A DNA stretch of 64,000 bases. Origin: an uncultured Clostridia bacterium (lineage in GTDB: Bacteria; Bacillota; Clostridia; Oscillospirales; CAG-272). This document shows, piece after piece, positions 45,463 through 53,157 of this stretch (positions within the stretch are counted from its first letter, which is position 1; the number at the start of each line of letters is the position of its first letter). The notes beneath the pieces were generated by a model. That model searched no databases. It saw only the letters and a list, made by a program, of their open reading frames with translations, and had not been told where the DNA came from. The DNA is taken from positions 8,375 through 72,374 of the forward strand of contig CALGCW010000221.1 of assembly GCA_937884385.1 (NCBI GenBank), written 5' to 3'. Position numbers and translations under genes: made by a program.

Positions 45463-45825
45463 ATGATTACCAACGACAATTTCTCGATAGAAGAAAAAAG
45501 ACTGCTCGATTTTATCTTACAGCAAGACTTCGAATGCAAAACTGAAACGATTAATTACATAAATTCTTTAGCTGCCGAGCATATTGTTCGTAATTATTCA
45601 CCGTACTATAAGATCATTGAGTTCCGCACTCCTAATATTCAGGATGGCTATTCAGGCATGTCAGATATAATCATAATTCAAACCCTAAGAAAAGGCGGAA
45701 GCATTCCAACTGTATTTGCTTTATATGCAAAAGACGGATTTCCGTTTGAGTATGAGATTTACAATGCAGACAGTAGTGTTATTGATATGAATACCATTTT
45801 AGACGGAGAGCTGATTGTTGGATAA
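45463..45825 (+). CDS. Hypothetical 120-aa cytoplasmic protein
   Basis: Has its own consensus promoter. No motif I can name with confidence. Faint resemblance in size and in the C-terminal ...EYEIYNADSS... segment to small immunity-type proteins. That resemblance is from memory only. Confidence 0.6.
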   Translation: MITNDNFSIEEKRLLDFILQQDFECKTETINYINSLAAEHIVRNYSPYYKIIEFRTPNIQDGYSGMSDIIIIQTLRKGGSIPTVFALYAKDGFPFEYEIYNADSSVIDMNTILDGELIVG

Positions 45826-45970
45826 AGCCTACATGGATGGAGCATCGCCCTGGTAGATAGCGGTCAGCGGCTTCAAACACGCCAAGGGATAATTGCACTC
45901 TTACGGCAAGCAATACGGACTGTTTTTGTACGATAGCCTTGTATGGATCTATTTTGTAGTGGTATCACAA

Positions 45971-46001
45971 AAAATCCAAGTCGCAAGACTTGGATTTTTT
46001 C
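45971..46001 (+). terminator. Intrinsic terminator about 145 nt after the 120-aa ORF
   Basis: Stem TCCAAGTC/GACTTGGA with a GCAA tetraloop, A-run before and TTTTTT after. Confidence 0.8.
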
Positions 46002-46084
46002 ATTTCTGCCGCTAAAGCATAACTTTATTTGCGGCAACTCACGCAACATCATTTAGTCGAAAGCTAAATTCTCGGAGGATAACT

Positions 46085-46960
46085 ATGAAGGTGCTCGCTC
46101 CTAAGTATTATTTTGATTTTGTTTGCATCGCTGATAAATGCACGCATTCTTGTTGTATTGGTTGGGAGATAGATATTGATGCAGATACTTATGAAAAATA
46201 TCGCAATACTGATATTCCCTATTTAAAAGATACGTATTCATACGTTTCCACCGGTGACGAGCCGCACTTTACATTAACTGAAGACGAACGCTGTCCTCAT
46301 TTAAATGAATGCGGCTTGTGCAAGATCATACTGAACGCCGGTGAGAAATACCTGTGTGACATCTGCCGCCAGCATCCAAGATTCTACAACTACACTAATC
46401 ACGGAAAAGAGATCGGACTCGGAATGGCTTGCGAAGAAGCCTGCAGATTGATTCTTGATTCCGATGAATACGATGTATTGATTGGTATTGATGATTTTGA
46501 TGCGGAAATTGTTGCAAGCGATTATGATGCAACCTTGGACAGAGCCGTTGTATTTAAAATACTGAAGGACGATAGCATTTCTTTTAATGAAAAGATCACA
46601 CGACTTTGCAATCAGTTTGCGATCAGCGTCGATATTGTAAGAGATCGCGCTGTAATGCAGGATTTGGAGTATTTGTACGAGGCTGATAAGTCTCTTTTGA
46701 CACGACCGTGTAAAATTGAGGTCGATCCCTCGCTTGCCCCAAAGCTTGAAAGAATTCTTGCATACTTTGTTTACCGCTATTGTTCCGAAAGCATTACTTT
46801 AGATGACTTTCGCAACTCCCTATGCTTTTGTATGTTTTCTACGCTTGTAATTGGAGCATTGTCTGTACCAAGCAACATTAACGATATAGCACGAACGTAT
46901 TCCGAGGAGATCGAGTATTGCGAGGAAAACGTTGAGAAGATAAAAAGCATATATATGTGA
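46085..46960 (+). CDS. FliB-family (flagellin lysine-N-methylase-like) Cys-rich protein
   Basis: N-terminal FVCIADKCTHSCCIGWEIDIDADTYEKY matches the F-C-x-x-x-C-x-x-CC-x-GW-I-x-D..T..KY pattern of FliB/YkgJ-type proteins. RBS GGAGG. Confidence 0.68.
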   Translation: MKVLAPKYYFDFVCIADKCTHSCCIGWEIDIDADTYEKYRNTDIPYLKDTYSYVSTGDEPHFTLTEDERCPHLNECGLCKIILNAGEKYLCDICRQHPRFYNYTNHGKEIGLGMACEEACRLILDSDEYDVLIGIDDFDAEIVASDYDATLDRAVVFKILKDDSISFNEKITRLCNQFAISVDIVRDRAVMQDLEYLYEADKSLLTRPCKIEVDPSLAPKLERILAYFVYRYCSESITLDDFRNSLCFCMFSTLVIGALSVPSNINDIARTYSEEIEYCEENVEKIKSIYM

Positions 46961-46970
46961 TTCAAAAATG

Positions 46971-46999
46971 TTGATTATTCTTTATGCTTGTGTTATAAT
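46971..46999 (+). promoter_or_regulatory. metF operon promoter
   Basis: TTGATT (46971-76), 17 nt, TGtTATAAT (-10 at 46994-99). The leader to the ATG is only about 25 nt. Confidence 0.65.
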
Positions 47000-47026
47000 A
47001 GATCAAGTATATCAAAGGAGCTCATT

Positions 47027-47887
47027 ATGAAGATAACTGAAATAATAAAATTGGGAAAGAGTTCCCTGTCTTTTGAGGTTTTCCCTCCTAAAACTACAGA
47101 TAAATACGAAACCGTTTCGAGAGCCGTGAAAGAAATAGCAATGCTTTCACCCTCATATATGAGTGTGACTTACGGAGCAGGCGGCGGTACGAGCGTGTAT
47201 ACGGCGCAGATAGCTAAGGAGATAGCTTCCTACGGAATTACTCCTCTTGCGCACCTTTCCTGTGTCTCTTCTACAAAGGAAGAAATACTTACGAAGCTTT
47301 ATGAGCTGAATAAGCTTGGCGTTGAAAACATACTGGCGCTCCGCGGTGATTTGCCAAGTATGCCTGGATCTATGTCTATGGATTATAAATACGCATATGA
47401 GCTTATTGATGATATTAAAACGCATTATGACTTTTGCGTCGGAGGAGCCTGCTATCCGGAGGGACATCCCGAAAGTGAGACTATAGAAAAAGACATATTC
47501 TATCTTAAAAATAAGGTTGATCACGGTTGTGACTTTCTGACAACTCAAATGTTTTTCGAAAATGACGTTTTTTACAGATTTCTTGAAAGAAGAGGAAATG
47601 CAGGAATTAACGTTCCTGTTATAGCAGGACTTATGCCTGTGACAAGTATCAGCCAATTTACAAGAATCTTTACTTTGTCGGGCAGTGAAATCCCGCGTGC
47701 ATTACTTGATGAATTGATGAAATATCAGGACGATCCCGTATCCTTTAAAAAAGCTGGTATAGAATATACCTGTAAACAGGCACAAGATCTTGCAGATAAA
47801 GGCTGCCGCGCCGTACATATATACTCTATGAATAAAAGTGACGTATCAGCGGCAATACAAAATAATCTCAGAGGTATACTTACGTGA
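47027..47887 (+). CDS. metF: Methylenetetrahydrofolate reductase
   Basis: SFEVFPPKT start motif, ALRGD, TQMFF. Start at the ATG at 47027, preceded by AAAGGAG. Confidence 0.9.
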   Translation: MKITEIIKLGKSSLSFEVFPPKTTDKYETVSRAVKEIAMLSPSYMSVTYGAGGGTSVYTAQIAKEIASYGITPLAHLSCVSSTKEEILTKLYELNKLGVENILALRGDLPSMPGSMSMDYKYAYELIDDIKTHYDFCVGGACYPEGHPESETIEKDIFYLKNKVDHGCDFLTTQMFFENDVFYRFLERRGNAGINVPVIAGLMPVTSISQFTRIFTLSGSEIPRALLDELMKYQDDPVSFKKAGIEYTCKQAQDLADKGCRAVHIYSMNKSDVSAAIQNNLRGILT

Positions 47888-48489
47888 AGCATAATGATGT
47901 GATCGTGGGTAAAGCATCGCCCGACGAATTTCAAATCAACCCAATTGAGCTTGAGGCAAGAATAGGCTCAAAATATTGTGTGGAATCGCTTGAGAAATTG
48001 ATTCAAGAACATAATAAGGCGGCACATTATAAGTATGCTTACACAGAATTTCCCATAAGGATCGATGATGACGTTGTCGATCTTGGATTTATCAATATAA
48101 AAAGCAGTTCTCTCTCAAAGGTGCTCGAAGGATGCGAACGAGCAATCTTAATTGCCCTAAGCTCCGGACTTGACGTTGATCGACTTATATCAAAAAAACA
48201 CTATTTGAGTGATACGGATGCCTTTTTGCTTGATGCAATAGCATCCGCCGCTGTTGAGAGCTTTGCGGACTATGTTTGCGCAAACATTAGCAAAAACAAA
48301 GCTATGACAAGGCGATTCAGCCCTGGATATGCAGATTTTTCAATTGAAGTTCAACCTGCATTTCTAGACAGCCTCGATGCTCACAATACTGTAGGTATCG
48401 CATTGACGGATAGTTTCTTGATGATCCCCGCAAAATCAATAACCGCAATAATCGGTATAAAGAAGGATGTATATGAGCAAATTGATTGA
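47884..48489 (+). CDS. Stand-alone methionine synthase activation (AdoMet-binding/reactivation) domain protein
   Basis: 201 aa. RRFSPGYADF...TDSFLMIPAKS corresponds to the RxxxGY and LTESxxMxP motifs of the MetH activation domain. GTG start overlaps the metF stop (GTGA). Confidence 0.75.
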   Translation: MKHNDVIVGKASPDEFQINPIELEARIGSKYCVESLEKLIQEHNKAAHYKYAYTEFPIRIDDDVVDLGFINIKSSSLSKVLEGCERAILIALSSGLDVDRLISKKHYLSDTDAFLLDAIASAAVESFADYVCANISKNKAMTRRFSPGYADFSIEVQPAFLDSLDAHNTVGIALTDSFLMIPAKSITAIIGIKKDVYEQID

Positions 48490-50824
48490 TTTAATAAGCA
48501 AAAAAAGACTGTACTTCGATGGCGGAATGGGAACGATGCTTCAAAAGAGAGGGCTAACATCGGGCGAAGCTCCGGAAGTATGGAATGTCACACATCCGCA
48601 GATAATTACTGATATACACAGGCAATACATCGACGCAGGTGCAAATATAATCACTACGAATACCTTTGGCGCAAATTCATATAAAAGAGATGATTATAAT
48701 GAGCTTATCAAAGCAGGAATAAAATGCGCCAAATCAGCTGCCCGTGACAGTAATGAGGTGTTCGTTGCATATGATATCGGACCCTTGGGCGTCTTTCTTG
48801 AGCCCATTGGCAATATGCCCTTTGAAGATGCAGTGGAGATATTCGCAAAAGGTATCAAAGTTGCCGCTGCGGAGGGCGTAGATCTTATTTTGATTGAGAC
48901 TATGACGGATTCATATGAAACCAAGGCAGCCGTAGTCGCCGCTAAAGAAAATTGCGATCTTCCCATTTTCGTGACGAACGTTTACGATGAAAGAGGGACC
49001 ACTCTGACAGGTGCTTCTCCCGAAGCGATGGTTGCAATGCTTGAAGGTCTCGGTGTCTCTGCGCTTGGAATAAATTGCTCTCTCGGACCTGACAAAATGA
49101 TACCTTTGATAGAAAGGATTTATAAGGCTTCTTCCCTTCCTGTGATTGCCAATCCTAATGCGGGTCTCCCAACAGTGGATAACGGAAATACAACGTATTC
49201 ACTCGAAGCTGAAGCATTTGCAGACTATTCTGTTTTGCTTGCGAAAAGCGGCGCAAATATTCTCGGTGGATGCTGCGGTACGGAGCCCGAATATATTTAC
49301 CGCACAGTAAGTAAAACAAAAGCAATACCGCTTAACAAGATTGAAAACAGAAATATTACCTGCGTTTCTTCATTTACACATTCCGTACTCATCGGAGAAA
49401 AGCCATTGCTTATCGGTGAGCGTATCAATCCTACAGGCAAGCCAAGGATGAAAAAAAGCCTTGTTGAAAGTAATATGGATTATATCGTGAATATGGCGAT
49501 TGAGCAAGAGGAGCGCGGTGCTCATATTCTCGATGTAAACGTAGGACTACCGGGTATAAATGAGCCTTTGATGATGGAAAAATCAGTATTTGCAATCCAA
49601 AGTGTTTGTTCGCTTCCCCTTCAGCTTGACACAAGCGATCCCGTAACACTTGAGCGCGCGATGAGATGCTATAACGGCAAGCCTTTAATAAATTCTGTCA
49701 ATGGTGATCAAGAGAGTATGGATGCGGTGTTTCCCCTTGTCAAGAAATATGGCGGTGTAGTTGTTGCACTTACACTCGATAAAAACGGTATTCCCAATAC
49801 CGCAGAGGAAAGAGTCCTTATAGCTAAACGAATAATTGCAAAGGCACAGGAATATGGAATATCGGAACACGATCTTATTTTTGATCCTCTTACGTTGACT
49901 GTAGCAACTGACCCGAATAATGCACAGATAACGCTGGATGCTGTGAAAATGCTCAATGAGCTTGGGCTCAACACCGTTTTGGGCGTGTCCAACGTTTCTT
50001 TTGGTATGCCGGATAGAGACAGTATAAACGCTTCGTTCTTTGCAAAGGCTATTCAAAGCGGCTTGAAATGCGCCATTATGAACCCAATGTCCGACTCTAT
50101 GATGAGAGTTTATAATTCATATGACGATATTTTATCCGGCAAAATGTCTATAGAAGATATATGTTTTGTGAACGATATTTCTGACAGAGCTTCGGAGCAC
50201 GACTCAACTAATCTTTCCGATGCGATAATAAAGGGCTTGATCGATGCTGCTCTGCGGATTACTGCAGATAGCTTAACCAAGTATTCAGCTTTCGACCTAA
50301 TCGAACGGGAGATAATTCCTGCCTTAAATATCGTTGGTGAAAAATTCGATAAAAACGAGATATATTTACCGCAGCTTTTAAAGAGCGCAGAGGCATCAAG
50401 CAAGGTCTTTTCTCTTATTAAGGAGAATGCTAAATTCAGTACTGAAAACGGTAAAAAGATAATCATTGCGACTGTCCTTGGCGATATTCACGATATTGGT
50501 AAGAATATCGTTAAGCTGATGCTTGAAAGCTACGGATTTGACGTAATTGATCTTGGCAAAAACGTCGCACCCGAACGAATACTTGATGCTGTGATCAGAT
50601 ACGATTGCAAGCTTGTTGCGCTTTCTGCACTAATGACAACCACTCTTCCCGCTATGCAGGAGACAGTAAAACTTTTACACGAGCGTTCACCCGAGACAAA
50701 AGTTATGGTTGGAGGAGCAGTGTTGACTCAAGAGTATGCCGATGATATCGGTGCAGACGCATATGGAAAAGATGCAATGGCTGCAGTACAATTTGCTCAA
50801 AAATTTTATACCGACGTCAATTGA
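48473..50824 (+). CDS. metH: Methionine synthase core (Hcy-binding, pterin-binding and B12-binding modules, no activation domain)
   Basis: GGMGT, GINCSLGP and GGCCGT (Hcy domain). Pterin-binding barrel. DxHxxG B12 motif GDIHDIGKNIV and SALMTTT. Start at the second ATG (48473), 6 nt after GAAGG. Confidence 0.9.
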   Translation: MSKLIDLISKKRLYFDGGMGTMLQKRGLTSGEAPEVWNVTHPQIITDIHRQYIDAGANIITTNTFGANSYKRDDYNELIKAGIKCAKSAARDSNEVFVAYDIGPLGVFLEPIGNMPFEDAVEIFAKGIKVAAAEGVDLILIETMTDSYETKAAVVAAKENCDLPIFVTNVYDERGTTLTGASPEAMVAMLEGLGVSALGINCSLGPDKMIPLIERIYKASSLPVIANPNAGLPTVDNGNTTYSLEAEAFADYSVLLAKSGANILGGCCGTEPEYIYRTVSKTKAIPLNKIENRNITCVSSFTHSVLIGEKPLLIGERINPTGKPRMKKSLVESNMDYIVNMAIEQEERGAHILDVNVGLPGINEPLMMEKSVFAIQSVCSLPLQLDTSDPVTLERAMRCYNGKPLINSVNGDQESMDAVFPLVKKYGGVVVALTLDKNGIPNTAEERVLIAKRIIAKAQEYGISEHDLIFDPLTLTVATDPNNAQITLDAVKMLNELGLNTVLGVSNVSFGMPDRDSINASFFAKAIQSGLKCAIMNPMSDSMMRVYNSYDDILSGKMSIEDICFVNDISDRASEHDSTNLSDAIIKGLIDAALRITADSLTKYSAFDLIEREIIPALNIVGEKFDKNEIYLPQLLKSAEASSKVFSLIKENAKFSTENGKKIIIATVLGDIHDIGKNIVKLMLESYGFDVIDLGKNVAPERILDAVIRYDCKLVALSALMTTTLPAMQETVKLLHERSPETKVMVGGAVLTQEYADDIGADAYGKDAMAAVQFAQKFYTDVN

Positions 50825-50838
50825 CGTCGGTATTTTTA
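50801..50838. terminator. Bidirectional terminator shared by convergent metH and cysK
   Basis: 26-nt perfect palindrome ATACCGACGTCAA/TTGACGTCGGTAT (50808-50833), flanked by A/T runs. The metH stop lies inside it and the cysK stop at its edge. Confidence 0.8.
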
Positions 50839-51762
50839 TACGTATCTCTCATAACCGTCGGGAAATATCAGAACTATATTCTTGTTTTGCGGATTGTGTA
50901 TCTTCACGTACTGCTCACAAGCATCTAACACTGCACCCGAAGATATTCCTACGGCTATCCCATCATACCTGGCTATATCAACGGACTGTCGCTTTGCCTT
51001 ATTATCACTAACCAACAATATGTCGTCTATTAAGGAAATATTCACCAGTGGTGGATATAAGTTTGCTCCGATTCCCTGTATTTTGTGCTTTCCTAACCTT
51101 TTTTGTGTGATAACGGGAGATGATTTTGGTTCAACTCCAAGTATCATACTTCCCTTTGCTTTAAAGAATTCCGCCAATCCCATTATTGTGCCACCCGTAC
51201 CGATGCCGGAAAATATCGCGTCCGGTACACTTCCAAGCTGACGTTCTATTTCGGGAGCTGTTGAGATATAGTGCGCTTTAATGTTGGATTTGTTGAAAAA
51301 CTGTTTGCACCAATATATATTGTGATCCTCTTTGGAGAGCAGCTCCGATATTTTCGTAGCCTCACTCATTCCTCCGTTTGCATCGCATAAGATCAGCTCT
51401 GCGCCGTAATGCTTTATCAGCTTTTTTCTCGCATCTGATACGTTTTTGGGCATAATGATCTTACACTTGTATCCCATTATAGCACAGATCGCAGATAGCG
51501 ATATGCCCATATTTCCCGAGGTAGCTTCAATTACACAAGTGTCACGATCAAATTCTATGAATTCACCTGCATCTTTTAATATTTGGTATGCAGCCCTATC
51601 CTTTATCGAACCGAACGGATTGTACTTTTCTAATTTTGCATATATCCTCGATCTGCTGCCGATACGTTTTTCAAATTCTGTTAGCCTTATCAAAGGAGTA
51701 TTTCCAATATAATCTGTCAGCGAAGTCAAATTTATCACCTCTAGTAAAGATATTAGCCTCAT
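50836..51762 (-). CDS. cysK: Cysteine synthase (O-acetylserine sulfhydrylase, PLP-dependent)
   Basis: IGNTPLIRL, PLP lysine motif NPFGSIKDR, TSGNMG, GIGTGGT. The ATG at 51762 lacks an SD. A TTG at 51729 preceded by GAGGTG (6-nt spacer) may be the true start. Confidence 0.88.
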   Translation of the reverse strand: MRLISLLEVINLTSLTDYIGNTPLIRLTEFEKRIGSRSRIYAKLEKYNPFGSIKDRAAYQILKDAGEFIEFDRDTCVIEATSGNMGISLSAICAIMGYKCKIIMPKNVSDARKKLIKHYGAELILCDANGGMSEATKISELLSKEDHNIYWCKQFFNKSNIKAHYISTAPEIERQLGSVPDAIFSGIGTGGTIMGLAEFFKAKGSMILGVEPKSSPVITQKRLGKHKIQGIGANLYPPLVNISLIDDILLVSDNKAKRQSVDIARYDGIAVGISSGAVLDACEQYVKIHNPQNKNIVLIFPDGYERYV

Positions 51763-51795
51763 TGCAAAAAAATGCGTCGAAAATCTTCTTAACTA

Positions 51796-51824
51796 TTGAA
51801 AAAGCGGATTATTTGTGGTATAAT
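51796..51824 (+). promoter_or_regulatory. Promoter of the SGNH-hydrolase/DUF4358 pair
   Basis: TTGAAA (51796-801), 17 nt, TGgTATAAT (-10 at 51819-24). Confidence 0.65.
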
Positions 51825-51858
51825 ATAAAGGTAGTTTATATGAACTGAAAGGTTATTT

Positions 51859-52608
51859 ATGAAAGTATATAGAATATTGACTGTAATCACGATCGTGCTC
51901 TTTTCGATATGTGTTTGCGGCTTGATTGCGTTATCGGTTTTGCCGGAGCCATTGCCTCAAACCACCACAAATCCGGATAGACCTACGGTCAATCCCGATG
52001 TAGACGTTGAACTTCCTCTGACGGAAGATGCAGGCGAAGAGTATATAGACAAGATTTTCTTTGTTGGGGATTCTACAACCTACCACTTTTTCAAGGGCGG
52101 TGTTGATAAGAGTCATTTGCTCGTTCCACCCGAGGAACGAACTCTTTGGCTTCAGAGTGATATTTTGGATATTATCGTGACAGAGGATGGATTGACTATT
52201 ACAGAAGCTCTTAAAAATGCAAATGCAGAAATAGTAATTATTACGCTCGGCGTTAATGGTGCTGCGGATTATTCCAAGCTTGAATATACCACCTATTATA
52301 AAAAATTGATCAATGGAATCAAGCAAGAGTCACCCGATACGGTTATAATTTTACAATCCGTATTCCCCGTCACAAAGGAATACAGCGATAATAATCGCAT
52401 AACGAACTCGATTATTGATAAGATCAATTCTTGGGTTAGAGAAATAGCAAGTGATTGCGGAATTAAGTATTTGGATACACAGTCAATCTTAAAGGATGCG
52501 CAAGGCGCTCAAAAAACCGAATACGGTGAAAACGACGGTATTCATATGAATTCTTCAGCATATATTGCTATTCTGGAGTACATTAGAACTCATTCTATCT
52601 ACGAATAA
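51859..52608 (+). CDS. Membrane-anchored SGNH/GDSL-family hydrolase
   Basis: N-terminal TM segment, block I FFVGDSTT, block V DGIHMN. Confidence 0.75.
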   Translation: MKVYRILTVITIVLFSICVCGLIALSVLPEPLPQTTTNPDRPTVNPDVDVELPLTEDAGEEYIDKIFFVGDSTTYHFFKGGVDKSHLLVPPEERTLWLQSDILDIIVTEDGLTITEALKNANAEIVIITLGVNGAADYSKLEYTTYYKKLINGIKQESPDTVIILQSVFPVTKEYSDNNRITNSIIDKINSWVREIASDCGIKYLDTQSILKDAQGAQKTEYGENDGIHMNSSAYIAILEYIRTHSIYE

Positions 52609-52617
52609 GGAGCTATT

Positions 52618-53118
52618 ATGAAAAGAAACACAATTTTGATAATTATAGGAATCGTCCTTGCTTTGGCAATTATTATTGCTATTGTTGCTTTGGGCGGTAA
52701 AACCGAGTATATTGATTCCGTTTCTACAGATGATCTTGCGATGATAGGAAAAGCAAGCTTTGAAACAAGCGGTGGAGTAAAATTGCTTGATGATGACGTA
52801 ATACTGAAGTTTACCGATCAGGAGCTTTCCTACCTTAAGGATTATTCTGTGATCAAGGCTAAAGCATCTAAAAACATCAATGAATTTGGTATTTTCCGTG
52901 TTGAGGAAGGACACGCAAAGGATCTGGAAGCGATTATCAAAGCCTTTGTTGAGAATCAGCAGGAATCATACAGATCAATGAATTATTTCCCCGAGGAGAT
53001 CGAAAAAATCGACTGTGCAACCGTGAAAGTCTATGGTAATTACGTAATTTACTCCTTCTTAAATGAAGCGGATACGGAAGCCTTCTATTCCGAGATCGAA
53101 AAAACCATAACGAAATAA
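52618..53118 (+). CDS. DUF4358-like membrane-anchored protein
   Basis: 166 aa with an N-terminal TM segment. EFGIFRVEEGHAKDLEAIIKAF...KVYGNYVIYSF resembles DUF4358 (recognised from memory). Confidence 0.55.
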   Translation: MKRNTILIIIGIVLALAIIIAIVALGGKTEYIDSVSTDDLAMIGKASFETSGGVKLLDDDVILKFTDQELSYLKDYSVIKAKASKNINEFGIFRVEEGHAKDLEAIIKAFVENQQESYRSMNYFPEEIEKIDCATVKVYGNYVIYSFLNEADTEAFYSEIEKTITK

Positions 53119-53156
53119 AAAGATAAGGCAATATCAAAAAAGATATTGCCTTTTTA
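53117..53156. terminator. Bidirectional terminator between the DUF4358 gene and uvrA
   Basis: Stem AAGGCAATATC/GATATTGCCTT with an A6 loop, flanked by A and T runs. Confidence 0.8.
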
Positions 53157-53157
53157 T

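Noticed and set aside
45826-45936. In-frame 36-codon open extension after the TAA of the 120-aa ORF, considered as programmed readthrough or a recently truncated gene.
   Set aside because: An open run of 36 codons is not statistically unusual in about 50% GC sequence. TAA is a strong stop, and I recognise no motif in the extension. It is noted only as part of the islet finding.
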